24,406 nt of DNA from a virus. The stretch lies in IMG/VR virus record IMGVR_UViG_3300033153_012907, one strand, 5' to 3'. This document shows, piece after piece, positions 1-8,648 of the stretch. The notes under the pieces are model-generated. The model saw only the letters and a list, made by a program, of their open reading frames with translations. It did not search any database and was not told where the DNA came from. A program made the position numbers and the translations under genes. Position 1 is the stretch's first letter; each line of letters opens with the position of its first letter.

Positions 1-1
1 A

Positions 2-760
2 TTAAAATTAGGATTAATAAATATTGATTTGATGTTAATTAATACACAGAACAATAGGTATTCTACAACAGGCACACATAGGTTTTCTAAATGTTGTAAG
101 GCAAGAGTAAAGAATAAGATGTATTGTAGTGATTGTGGAAAGGATATTTTAAATAGTGATTTATTAAAAGGATTTGATGAAGATAACATTTTATCTGAAA
201 GTCAAAGTGAAAAATTAAAAACTTTTTTAGATAATGGTGTTATTGAAGTTATTTCTATCAAAGATATAACTGAAACAACAACATACGACATATTACCTTA
301 TATACAAAAAACACAAATAATATTTCCAAGCATAAGCAAAGGATATAAAAAATCTAATATGAGAAGTTATTATAGTTTTACAAATGCTTTAAAAAAAGAG
401 AATAAATATATTATAGGAAAATTAGTTAATAGGGGGTTAGAGCATTTAGTTGTTATTATGCCCTATAAAAAAGATATGCTTATGTTTTTTCTTCCTTTTA
501 ATCATTATCAAAACACAGATGAAATTGATAGAATTAAAGAGGGTGTTAAGAATACTATTAGAATAGATAAGGTTGATAATTTATATGGGTTTGAAAAAGA
601 AGCGAAAAAGTTTATAAAAGGATTTGAAAGCAAGATTGATGTTTGTGAGATTAAAGAAGAAAAATTAAAATTAATTAATGAATTTAAAAATATGGGAGAA
701 GTAGAAATTAGCATAGATAAAGTTGAAGTTGAAGAAAATCCTTTTTTAGAGGTTAATTAA
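2..760 (+). CDS. ku: Ku-like DNA end-binding protein (prokaryotic Ku core), 5' partial
   Basis: The frame is open to the window edge (LKLGLINIDLMLI, matching Ku ISFGLVNIPVKLY). It has KARVKNKMYCSDCGKDILNSDLLKGF (Ku RIRYKRVC..CG.EV...DIVKGY) and YYSFTNALKKENKYIIGKLVNRGLEHLVVIMP (Ku YALL.EAL......IAKVV.RGREHLAALRP). The real start lies upstream of the window. Confidence 0.85.
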   Translation, partial: LKLGLINIDLMLINTQNNRYSTTGTHRFSKCCKARVKNKMYCSDCGKDILNSDLLKGFDEDNILSESQSEKLKTFLDNGVIEVISIKDITETTTYDILPYIQKTQIIFPSISKGYKKSNMRSYYSFTNALKKENKYIIGKLVNRGLEHLVVIMPYKKDMLMFFLPFNHYQNTDEIDRIKEGVKNTIRIDKVDNLYGFEKEAKKFIKGFESKIDVCEIKEEKLKLINEFKNMGEVEISIDKVEVEENPFLEVN

Positions 761-792
761 TAAATAAATATTTTGAGCTGAAATAAACTAAA

Positions 793-954
793 ATGGGAAT
801 TGATTTAATAAAACATATTGAAAAGTGTGATAAATGCCGAGTATTAGAGGATTTAAGAGATAAACTTAATGACTATGTTAAGTTAAGAATAGTAGATGTT
901 TTTGCTTGTATAGATGTTTTACAAATAGAGTGTTGTCAAAATGGAAAATATTGA
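793..954 (+). CDS. small hypothetical protein, 53 aa, CxxC motif
   Basis: Hand-translated MGIDLIKHIEKCDKCRVLE...; AAAATG start context typical of this window. Confidence 0.5.
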   Translation: MGIDLIKHIEKCDKCRVLEDLRDKLNDYVKLRIVDVFACIDVLQIECCQNGKY

Positions 955-1025
955 TATTGTTGGAGAAGAAGATGAGTTAGGTTTAGAAGCAGAAGAAACT
1001 AAAGAATTTCCAGATGGTGTTTAAA

Positions 1026-1166
1026 ATGGTAGAAATAAAATGTAGTTGTGGAGAAATTATTAAAGAATTTGAAGAAGGTGTTAATGATAGTGATTACTAT
1101 GAATGTGAATGTGGTAAAACCTATAATGTTATTGAAGGACATATAAATAAAAACATCCCTTTTTAA
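1026..1166 (+). CDS. small zinc-ribbon-like protein, 46 aa
   Basis: MVEIKCSCGE...YYECECGKTY contains two CxCG knuckles; below the ORF-track cut-off. Confidence 0.6.
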   Translation: MVEIKCSCGEIIKEFEEGVNDSDYYECECGKTYNVIEGHINKNIPF

Positions 1167-1171
1167 TTAAA

Positions 1172-1333
1172 ATGGAAAAAGAATTTAAACATTTAAAAGA
1201 AGAAAACGCAGAGTTAAGAGATAGTATTGATAATTGTCTTCCTATAAATACAGCAGAAAACAAGAATATTTGGAAAAAAATTAATCAATTAATCAATAAT
1301 GAGATAGAACAAGAAAAATACTGCAATCAATAA
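1172..1333 (+). CDS. small hypothetical protein, 53 aa
   Basis: Hand-translated; its stop is coupled to the next start (TAAAATG). Confidence 0.55.
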   Translation: MEKEFKHLKEENAELRDSIDNCLPINTAENKNIWKKINQLINNEIEQEKYCNQ

Positions 1334-1334
1334 A

Positions 1335-1559
1335 ATGGAAAAAACACACGAAGAAATGGTTGAAATCTCAGGTAGCATAATTGATATATTTGAAGATTTT
1401 TTAGAGAGCAAAGGAATAACTTTAAAGGATATACCTAATAAAGAAAGAATAGAATATGCAGACGGAGATTTAACAGATTTAGCTATTATTTTTGGCTCTG
1501 ATTATAATTTCCTTGAAAATAAAATAGAAAGTATATTAAAAAATATACTCAACAAGTAA
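1335..1559 (+). CDS. hypothetical protein
   Basis: ORF track; acidic helical 74 aa; coupled start; followed by a T-rich tract. Confidence 0.65.
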   Translation: MEKTHEEMVEISGSIIDIFEDFLESKGITLKDIPNKERIEYADGDLTDLAIIFGSDYNFLENKIESILKNILNK

Positions 1560-1593
1560 TTTTTATTTTTTAATTTTAAAGAGGAAGATTAAA

Positions 1594-1782
1594 ATGAAAT
1601 TAGTAGAAAAAAATAAGCCATTAAAATTTACGATTTTAGTAAGAAACAATAAAACAAATAAACATAAAAGTTTTAGAATAGATTGTGATGAAGATGAAGA
1701 TGAATTGTTAGACTTAATTAAGAAATTATTAAAAGAACATTATTATCTGAAAAAAATTAAAGAGGAAATTAGTAAAAAATGA
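1594..1782 (+). CDS. hypothetical protein
   Basis: ORF track; GAGG upstream; AAAATG start; ATGA overlap with the next small ORF. Confidence 0.6.
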   Translation: MKLVEKNKPLKFTILVRNNKTNKHKSFRIDCDEDEDELLDLIKKLLKEHYYLKKIKEEISKK

Positions 1783-1991
1783 ATTTTACAAAAAAAGAAT
1801 TGAAAAAATTAAAAGAAAAATATGAGGGGTTTATGAAAGATGTCAAAAGAAATAAATTTAAAGATTGAAATAGAAAATGTATTAGACAAGAACACACCAA
1901 AAATCAACGACTTAATTCGTGGTTTTGTTTTTAATTTAAAAGAACTATGTGTAGTTGAAAAATATAATTTAATTGGGGTAGAAATGAAATA

Positions 1992-2101
1992 ATGGTAAAA
2001 AAGAAAAAAATAAGTTAGATAAAGGGCAGTGTGAATTAGTAAAAGAATTATCTAATTGTCAAGAATATAAATGTGGAGATTATTTTGTTGAGGTAAAATG
2101 A
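1992..2101 (+). pseudogene. small ORF interrupted by an apparent 1-nt loss in an A7 run
   Basis: Adding one A at 2004-2010 gives MVKKKKNKLDKGQCELVKELSNCQEYKCGDYFVEVK*, whose stop overlaps the ATG at 2098 (ATGA). Confidence 0.45.
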
Positions 2102-2445
2102 ACGAAGAACAAAAAGAGTATGAGAAAGAAAGAGGAAAACATATTGATTGGTGTAACGATAGGTATAAAGATAATAATCTTGAATTATGGAAAACAGAAG
2201 ATATTAAAAAATTAAAAAAGGGGAGATTAAACTATTTATTAATATTTTTAGGATTGGTGGCGATTGCAGGAGTTATCTTTTATTTGGGATATTACAAAGA
2301 TGGATTTGGGGCAAATTTAATTTGTGGTAATTCTACAATAGATAATACCTGCACTTGCCCCAAATGTCCTGAAAATGTTTGCGAAGTAGAGTGTGGAGAT
2401 TGTAGAGTTCCTAATGACTTAAACTTGAATATTAGTGGTGAATAA
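2098..2445 (+). CDS. single-pass membrane protein with Cys-rich C-terminal domain
   Basis: Hydrophobic LLIFLGLVAIAGVIFYLGYY followed by CTCPKCPENVCEVECGDC; sequons NST and NIS. Confidence 0.7.
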   Translation: MNEEQKEYEKERGKHIDWCNDRYKDNNLELWKTEDIKKLKKGRLNYLLIFLGLVAIAGVIFYLGYYKDGFGANLICGNSTIDNTCTCPKCPENVCEVECGDCRVPNDLNLNISGE

Positions 2446-2447
2446 AA

Positions 2448-2624
2448 ATGAAAAGAAAAATAAAACATCAAATTTGGAGGGGGGGTTATTTATTAACCCT
2501 TCTTTTTGGGGTATCTTTTATTTTAAGTTCTTTTGATTTCCCTATAATGATAATCCCCCTTATAATACTCATAATAATTCACTCCCTTATTTTTTACTAT
2601 CTCCAAAAATGGAAAAATAAATAA
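2448..2624 (+). CDS. small two-TM membrane protein, 58 aa
   Basis: Hand-translated MKRKIKHQIWRGGYLLTLLFGVSFILSSFDFPIMIIPLIILIIIHSLIFYYLQKWKNK. Confidence 0.6.
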   Translation: MKRKIKHQIWRGGYLLTLLFGVSFILSSFDFPIMIIPLIILIIIHSLIFYYLQKWKNK

Positions 2625-2625
2625 A

Positions 2626-2730
2626 ATGATAGAAAAAAAACTTTACTTTAAATTATTAGATTGTTTGTGTGCAATACTCCTGTATATAGCTTTTGTTGGA
2701 GTTTGCATATCTATTATGTTAAAATGTTAA
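2626..2730 (+). CDS. small membrane peptide, 34 aa
   Basis: MIEKKLYFKLLDCLCAILLYIAFVGVCISIMLKC. It overlaps the track's TTG-start extension of the ATPase, which supports the ATPase starting at 2724. Confidence 0.45.
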   Translation: MIEKKLYFKLLDCLCAILLYIAFVGVCISIMLKC

Positions 2731-3842
2731 AACCAATAGAAGTAAAAAGATTAGAAAAATTTAGTAGCGGTTTAATTAATGGTGTAGATTGTGATGAAAA
2801 AACTTTTGACATCTGTTCTCATATAGATAATGAATTAAATTTTTATGAAAATAAAAAAATATTAAAACAAAAAATTTCTGAATTATATCCAATAGATATA
2901 ACAATAGATGTTCATAAAAAGAATTTGGTTTTAGAGGAAAAGGACGAATTTAAATTTAATCAAAAATTAAAGGAATTTGAAATTGAAGCAGAAAAGGAAT
3001 TTGAAAAGAGTTTAGATAAAATTGAAAGTGATGAAACAAGTAATCTTATTGAAGAGATTTATTATATCCCAAAACAATTTGTGAAAATGGTTGCTAATGG
3101 AAATGCAAGAGGATTGTTGTTGTGGGGAGAAGCAGGATTAGGAAAAACTTATTCTGTAATCAGAGCTTTTAAAGAAGCAAAAAAAGATTTTGTTATGTTA
3201 TCAGGACACATAACTTCTATGGAATTATTCCATTTCCTTTTTGAACACAGGAAAAAGAATATTGTTTTAGATGATGTTAATGTTTTAGAAAACGAACAAA
3301 ACCTTAATATGTTAAAAGCGAGTTTAAATGATAATTTAAGGGTTGTTCAATATCATACATCAAGCAAAAGATTAAGGGTTCCTAATAAATTTTTATTTGA
3401 AGGGAGTTTAATTGTTTTGTTAAATAATGTTCCAAGAAAAACAGAAAGTTTAAAAGCAGTTGAGAGCAGGATTTTAAACTTTGAACTAAAAGCAGATTAT
3501 AAAACAAAAATAAAAATTATATATGAATTAGCAAAACAAAACTATAAATCCTTATCAAAAGAAGAAAGATTTAAGATTGTGAAATGGATTAAGAAAAATA
3601 CAAGTGAAGCAACTGAAAATCTTAATTTGAGATTGTTGTTTTCTATTTATGAAATGAGATTATTTGATAAAGAGAATTGGAAAAAATTAGCAAGTAAAAT
3701 AATTTGTAATAATGAAGAATTGCAGATGATACTTAATGGTATGGGAGAAAAAGAGTGGTGTAAAATTACTCAAAGACATAGAGCAACCTATTATAAATAC
3801 AAACAAAAATTAAATTTACCAAAGTGGAAAAGGAAGTCGTAA
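2724..3842 (+). CDS. AAA+-like P-loop ATPase with probable C-terminal HTH
   Basis: Walker A GLLLWGEAGLGKT; Walker B NIVLDD; sensor-like LIVLLNN; arginine-finger-like AVESRI; C-terminal EKEWCKITQRHRATYYKYK resembles a resolvase/Fis-type HTH. Start moved from 2661 (TTG) to the AAAATG at 2724. Confidence 0.85.
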   Translation: MLKPIEVKRLEKFSSGLINGVDCDEKTFDICSHIDNELNFYENKKILKQKISELYPIDITIDVHKKNLVLEEKDEFKFNQKLKEFEIEAEKEFEKSLDKIESDETSNLIEEIYYIPKQFVKMVANGNARGLLLWGEAGLGKTYSVIRAFKEAKKDFVMLSGHITSMELFHFLFEHRKKNIVLDDVNVLENEQNLNMLKASLNDNLRVVQYHTSSKRLRVPNKFLFEGSLIVLLNNVPRKTESLKAVESRILNFELKADYKTKIKIIYELAKQNYKSLSKEERFKIVKWIKKNTSEATENLNLRLLFSIYEMRLFDKENWKKLASKIICNNEELQMILNGMGEKEWCKITQRHRATYYKYKQKLNLPKWKRKS

Positions 3843-4036
3843 AGTCGTTAAAAATGTGTATAAGAGAAGAAAAAACAGGATTGAATTATTTAACTGCTGA
3901 TGATGGTAGTCCTGAATATATGTGTTGTAATTGTAAATTTAGTGAAGAATGTCATAAACAAACAGCAGAAATGTTAAAGAGAGAAAAAGAGAAAGAAGTT
4001 TTAAATGGGAATGCAAGTTTATTAAAATGGGGATAA
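3824..4036 (+). CDS. hypothetical Cys-rich protein
   Basis: ORF track; C...CCNC...C pattern; overlaps neighbours in operon fashion. Confidence 0.55.
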   Translation: MEKEVVKSLKMCIREEKTGLNYLTADDGSPEYMCCNCKFSEECHKQTAEMLKREKEKEVLNGNASLLKWG

Positions 4037-4305
4037 AAAATAAAAAAGATTATGTTTTGAAAATAAAAGAGTTTCCTATTTGGAAACTCATTAATTTAGC
4101 TCATATGATAGAGCATAGGTTATTTGAGGCAGTTGGACAGGGGACATCATCTAAGAAAAGATTTATGCAAAATCTTCGTTATAAAAGAAACATTATTAGG
4201 GAAGTATTATTAGATAGATTAATATTGTGGAAAAAGGGAGAATTAAAAGATGGTATTCAGTTTTCAGATACTAACGAGAATTTGAATGAACTTGAACTAA
4301 TTTAA
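4027..4305 (+). CDS. hypothetical protein
   Basis: ORF track; stop coupled to the next start. Confidence 0.6.
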   Translation: MGIKNKKDYVLKIKEFPIWKLINLAHMIEHRLFEAVGQGTSSKKRFMQNLRYKRNIIREVLLDRLILWKKGELKDGIQFSDTNENLNELELI

Positions 4306-4306
4306 A

Positions 4307-4963
4307 ATGGAACAATTAATGTTAGGGCAATTTAAAAAGGGAAAAGTTTATGTAATTCTTGTCATAATAAAATTCATGGAACTAAACAAAAAAGATTTAG
4401 TCGAACACAAAAAGGAAATCCAAAAAATGTCAAAGGAACAAAAAGAAATAAAAACAGATAAATTTATATTAGATGCCTGTTGTGGAGCAAGAATGTTTTG
4501 GAATGATAAACATCAACCCAATACAATTTTTATAGATAATAGAAAAGAAGAAAAAGGATATAATGATTATCGTCCAAATAGAGAAATCAATCCAGATATT
4601 ATAATGGATTTTAGAGATTTAAAGTTTCCAGATAAAAAGTTTAAATTAATTGTTATGGACCCCCCACATATAATATCAGCAAGTAAGAATTTTAGAATGG
4701 CAAGAGATTATGGAATATTAAACAAAAGAACTTGGAAAGAAGATATTAAAAAAGGATTTGAAGAATGTTGGAGATGTTTAGATGATTATGGGATTTTAAC
4801 TTTTAAATGGAATGAAACAAGTATTAAAAGAAAAGAGATTTTAGAAGTTCTTGGAAGAAATGAATATTTAATTATTGGAAATCTAATGAGAAGTAAAATC
4901 CCCACTCATTGGTTTATATTTATGAAAATACCAAATGGAAAAAGAAAAAGGAATAACTTATGA
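4307..4963 (+). CDS. SAM-dependent amino-methyltransferase, phage-type (probable DNA N6-adenine/N4-cytosine MTase)
   Basis: SAM-binding ILDACCGARMFW; IFIDNR; catalytic-like LIVMDPPH; FEECWRCL..YGILTFKWNE. The start may be the ATG at 4376. Confidence 0.85.
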   Translation: MEQLMLGQFKKGKVYVILVIIKFMELNKKDLVEHKKEIQKMSKEQKEIKTDKFILDACCGARMFWNDKHQPNTIFIDNRKEEKGYNDYRPNREINPDIIMDFRDLKFPDKKFKLIVMDPPHIISASKNFRMARDYGILNKRTWKEDIKKGFEECWRCLDDYGILTFKWNETSIKRKEILEVLGRNEYLIIGNLMRSKIPTHWFIFMKIPNGKRKRNNL

Positions 4964-5034
4964 AGAACCAGAAGAACTTTCACCTAACAATGTAGTTTAT
5001 TATTCAAATACTTATAAACAGCTTAAAACTTTAA

Positions 5035-5664
5035 ATGCCAAAGGCAAATGGAAAACTTAGTTTTGAACCAGAAGAAAAAATATTTGAGTTCAAAGAAGTT
5101 TTAAATACAAAAAGAGCTTTAAATAAAAAGAATAAAATTGAATTTATTGTATTTATTGATGTGTTTATAAAAGGAAGTTTAGAAGAAAGGAGAAAAAGAA
5201 TGGGGATAACAAAAAAAGAATTTGAAATGAAAAAGAAGTTGATAGATTTACAACATAAATATAAAATACATAAAAAAATTATTAATTTAAGCAATAGAAC
5301 TTTAATAATCCTATTAGTAATTAGTATTTTTTCCATAATCCTTTTAGGTATTCTTATTCCTGCTTATATGAGTGCAACTTCTTTTATAACCATTTCTGAT
5401 GAAGTAAATAACACAGGGGGATATTATAAATTAGGTGGATATTACAGGGCTTCAACTGATGAAATTGTTGTTTTTGAAAAAGAAGGAACTTTCGCATATA
5501 AGGTTATTTATGCCCACGAAAAATGTCATCAACAACAAAATTATGAGGGAAGGTTGTATTATGATTTTTGGGGGGGTTTTTATAATGAATTAGAGTGCTA
5601 CATAAAGCAATGGTTTTTTTGGAATTGGGAAAATGGAAGTGATAGTAAAAAATCAGCCGATTGA
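5035..5664 (+). CDS. membrane-anchored protein with HExxH zincin-like motif
   Basis: TM segment LIILLVISIFSIILLGILIPAY; YAHEKCHQQQ...NELECY. The N-terminal half may be a separate gene. Confidence 0.6.
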   Translation: MPKANGKLSFEPEEKIFEFKEVLNTKRALNKKNKIEFIVFIDVFIKGSLEERRKRMGITKKEFEMKKKLIDLQHKYKIHKKIINLSNRTLIILLVISIFSIILLGILIPAYMSATSFITISDEVNNTGGYYKLGGYYRASTDEIVVFEKEGTFAYKVIYAHEKCHQQQNYEGRLYYDFWGGFYNELECYIKQWFFWNWENGSDSKKSAD

Positions 5665-6190
5665 AACTTTTGAAAAGAGTTTGGAAAAAACAGAAGCGAA
5701 AACTTTTCGTGGATACTTAAATGGTTGTATCCTAAAAGCAGTTAATAAAAATAATAAGGATATGGAAATCTTATTTAGAGAGATGTTAAGAATGTTCAAC
5801 AGGTTCTATCCACAACAAATTATAAAAAACGAAATAACAATTCTTGATGGTTGGAAGGGAAAAGATATTAGTGAGATTTATAAAGGGTTTGATAATGATT
5901 TTAGAATTGCTCAACATATAAAAGATAAAGAAACAGGAGAGATAAAACAAAGAGTTATTGAAGTTAGCAAAACACATATAAACAATATGATTTTAATAGT
6001 GAAGAAACTTCCCTTTAACCAACCGATAAAATGTTATTATTTTGCTAAACAATTAGGATATAACTCTTGGAAAGATTTGTGGAGAGAACGAAAAGAATAT
6101 TTTGCGAGATATTATTTTCCAATTAAAGTGCTTGAAGCATTATCTATAATTTCATATTCAGGGAAAGGAGCAATAACAAAATTAAAATGA
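5633..6190 (+). CDS. hypothetical protein, possible C-terminal winged helix
   Basis: ORF track; C-terminal helix-helix-hairpin pattern (YFPIKVLEALSIISYSGKGAITKLK). Confidence 0.6.
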   Translation: MEVIVKNQPIETFEKSLEKTEAKTFRGYLNGCILKAVNKNNKDMEILFREMLRMFNRFYPQQIIKNEITILDGWKGKDISEIYKGFDNDFRIAQHIKDKETGEIKQRVIEVSKTHINNMILIVKKLPFNQPIKCYYFAKQLGYNSWKDLWRERKEYFARYYFPIKVLEALSIISYSGKGAITKLK

Positions 6191-6337
6191 GATGTGAATA
6201 TTCCAAAAAAAAGTATATGTTTTGTGAGGGCTATATTAAAGGAAGAATAAAATATATAAATGGTATAAGAGTTTGTTCAAGATGTTTTAGCCACTTAAAT
6301 AGGTTAAGAAAGAAAGAATATAATAAAAGGAAAAAAA

Positions 6338-6553
6338 ATGAGAAATCTAACAAAAACTGAAAGTTTGGTTTTGTATAGAAAATATATTAGTAGTGGTTTA
6401 AACCCCTTTGAAGCTAGTAAAAAACTTGAAAGAAGAAAAGAATATTTAAGAAGATTACAATTTAAATTAAGAAAGAAAGGGAAGTCAGATAAAGATATTG
6501 AAAAGGTTTGGAAAATGGCTTGGGAAAAAATTTGTCAAGAAGATGAAATTTAA
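6338..6553 (+). CDS. basic hypothetical protein
   Basis: ORF track; AAAATG start. Confidence 0.6.
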   Translation: MRNLTKTESLVLYRKYISSGLNPFEASKKLERRKEYLRRLQFKLRKKGKSDKDIEKVWKMAWEKICQEDEI

Positions 6554-6869
6554 AACAATTTTTTGGATAATTTTTATAGCAGGTATGTTAGATTTATGTT
6601 CTACAATTATTGGTATTGAAATGGGGGTTTTATATGAAGCAAACCCTGTTGGAAAATTTATTTTATCATTAGGGTATGATTGGGCTTTTATAATCACCTC
6701 TTTTGTTTTTGTTTTTGTTTCTCTTGTTATTTTTACGATGGGAAAAGTTGTTGAAAAACCCTATCCTAAATTAAAGGGTTTTTCTCAATTAATTCTTATA
6801 TTAGTAATGATTATACCAAGAATATATTTCTCTTCAAAAGCAGTTTATTGGATAATTGGTGGGTGGTAA
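6543..6869 (+). CDS. DUF5658-like multi-TM membrane protein
   Basis: D-x2-ST-x2-G-x3-G-x2-EANP motif (MLDLCSTIIGIEMGVLYEANP) plus three hydrophobic helices. Start moved to the ATG at 6543. Confidence 0.7.
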   Translation: MKFKTIFWIIFIAGMLDLCSTIIGIEMGVLYEANPVGKFILSLGYDWAFIITSFVFVFVSLVIFTMGKVVEKPYPKLKGFSQLILILVMIIPRIYFSSKAVYWIIGGW

Positions 6870-6889
6870 GAAAGAGAATGTGCTTTCTT
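6868..6889 (+). terminator. short hairpin after the last gene of the left cluster
   Basis: AAGAAAG (6868-6874) pairs with CTTTCTT (6883-6889). Confidence 0.25.
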
Positions 6890-7007
6890 TCTAATTGCCC
6901 CATTATAATTGAAAGCACTATACAAGTATAGCTAATTCTCTTTTTAAGCGTTCCTAATCAATAATATTGAGGTTTGATAGGGTTTTGTATTAGGATAAAA
7001 ATTAATA

Positions 7008-7260
7008 AAATAGTGATTTATTATCTAATACTCTAATAGGAAATAGTGATTAATTGTCAATACTTACCTACAAGGAAAATGATGAAAAAAAGTGATGCAT
7101 AATTATATAATTAGTAATCACATAATATCTATTATCAAGAAAGTAAAGTAAATCATATATAACCATTATTTTATTATTATTTTATAATTAATTTATAAGT
7201 GATAGTGTATAATTAGAGTATTAGAATGAGTATGTGATTATGTGATTATGTGACTATTAC
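7008..7260. repeat. AT-rich intergenic region with nested inverted and tandem repeats (origin-like)
   Basis: 13-bp perfect inverted repeat CTAATACTCTAAT (7025-7037) / ATTAGAGTATTAG (7212-7224). 12-bp inverted repeat TAATCACATAAT (7115-7126) / ATTATGTGATTA (7237-7248). Tandem TATGTGAT x2 plus TATGTGAC (7231-7254). AATAGTGATT occurs twice. Confidence 0.7.
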
Positions 7261-7300
7261 TCAAAAACAATAACCACTTAAAAATGATAAATTAACAATA

Positions 7301-7314
7301 GAAACATTTAAATA
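7301..7314 (+). promoter_or_regulatory. archaeal BRE+TATA promoter (GAAACA-TTTAAATA), leaderless
   Basis: The TATA box ends 22 nt before the ATG at 7337. Confidence 0.75.
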
Positions 7315-7336
7315 GTATATATTATCTATTATCCTT

Positions 7337-7534
7337 ATGGAAAATAAAAAAGAGGAAATAATAAAGTGGTTAACTGAATTTAAAAAACTTCCCACCTCTA
7401 GATTTGTTGGGTTATTAGGTTTAGATTATGACGCCATAAAAAAACTTCTTGAAGAATTATTATCAGAAAATAAAATTAAAAAAACTAAAGAAACTTTAGC
7501 AACTTATTGGGAAATTCAAAATGAAGAAATTTAA
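7337..7534 (+). CDS. small winged-helix DNA-binding protein
   Basis: IIKWL...LPTSRFVGLLGLDYDAIKKLLEELLSENKIKK...YWEI follows the wHTH pattern. Confidence 0.7.
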   Translation: MENKKEEIIKWLTEFKKLPTSRFVGLLGLDYDAIKKLLEELLSENKIKKTKETLATYWEIQNEEI

Positions 7535-7997
7535 AATAATTTTGCCAGAACAAGAAATTGATGAAAAAGAAACAGAAAGTAAAAATCGGGCTAACTTTTC
7601 TAAGGATTTAGCAAAGGGGGGTTTATTAGCTAAATCCTTAATTTTTACTTATATGAACCAACCCGTCTCAACAACAGAAATAACTAAATTATTAAATGAT
7701 TATTATAAAATGGATTATGATAGAAGTTCAGTTTTTAGAGCATTACAAAAATTAAGTGAAAAACATATTATTGCAACAACAACAACAGGAACTGTTATGC
7801 ATTTACCTGAAGGAGATAGGAGTGAAATTCATAAAAAGGTTGTTGAAAAGTATTATGCCTTTCTTCACAAAATTCCAACACAATTTCAAAAAAAATTTCA
7901 AAACATAAATTATTTTTGGGTATCAAATGGGCTTGGAACAAAATATATTGAATGGTGTTGTAAGTTATTAAACTTTAAAATTGAGGGTGGAAAATGA
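7521..7997 (+). CDS. winged-helix DNA-binding protein (Fur/BlaI-like recognition helix)
   Basis: QPVSTTEITKLL...DYDRSSVFRALQKLSEKHII. Confidence 0.7.
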   Translation: MKKFKIILPEQEIDEKETESKNRANFSKDLAKGGLLAKSLIFTYMNQPVSTTEITKLLNDYYKMDYDRSSVFRALQKLSEKHIIATTTTGTVMHLPEGDRSEIHKKVVEKYYAFLHKIPTQFQKKFQNINYFWVSNGLGTKYIEWCCKLLNFKIEGGK

Positions 7998-8326
7998 AAT
8001 CTTTAAAGAAATTAAACCTTATTTTAATTGTATTAGGAATTGTTGTTTTGTTTGTTATATTTAAGACTGCAACAACTCCAAAACCGATTTCTGATTTATC
8101 ATTATATAGTGTTGATAATTTTGATTGTGGAATTATTGAAGAAACTATGGGTTGTGATGTTTTTTTTGTAAATAAAACAACTGGGGAAGGAAGATGGTAT
8201 TATAGAATTGCTTTTTCTGATGAATTATATGAAAAGTTAAATAATAGTAAAAATACTTGTAAATATTGTTCCTTACAGGATTATGAAATGTTAGAAGTAT
8301 TATTTATGAAAAATGAAAAAAATTGA
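7994..8326 (+). CDS. N-terminally anchored membrane protein, Cys-containing
   Basis: LILIVLGIVVLFVIF TM segment; four Cys; sequons NKT and NNS; ATGA overlap. Confidence 0.65.
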   Translation: MKSLKKLNLILIVLGIVVLFVIFKTATTPKPISDLSLYSVDNFDCGIIEETMGCDVFFVNKTTGEGRWYYRIAFSDELYEKLNNSKNTCKYCSLQDYEMLEVLFMKNEKN

Positions 8327-8480
8327 TGGTTATATTAAAGCAAGTGAAAAAGCACAGAGAACTTATTTTGATAAATTAGAAAATCAAAGAAAAGAATGGA
8401 GGGTTTATAATGCTTTGATTACAGCATTATGTGTTTTAGGAGCATTTATTATAGGAGGATTAATATGGTTGTTAAAATGA
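8313..8480 (+). CDS. small C-terminal-TM protein, 55 aa
   Basis: Hand-translated ...VYNALITALCVLGAFIIGGLIWLLK*; ATGA overlap with the ATG at 8477. Confidence 0.55.
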   Translation: MKKIDGYIKASEKAQRTYFDKLENQRKEWRVYNALITALCVLGAFIIGGLIWLLK

Positions 8481-8644
8481 AATCAACATTATCATATTAT
8501 TCAAAAGCAATTTCTCAAGGAAAAAGAGGAATTAAATATACTAGATTAAGTGAACAAGCTTTAAGAGAAGATGAAGAAGAAATAAGACTAAGAAAATTTA
8601 AATTAAAAAACAGAGAGTTTTTAATTGAAAGGAAGATAAAATGA
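8477..8644 (+). CDS. basic hypothetical protein
   Basis: Same frame as the track ORF at 8429; start moved to the coupled AAAATG at 8477. Confidence 0.5.
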   Translation: MKSTLSYYSKAISQGKRGIKYTRLSEQALREDEEEIRLRKFKLKNREFLIERKIK

Positions 8645-8648
8645 AAAA

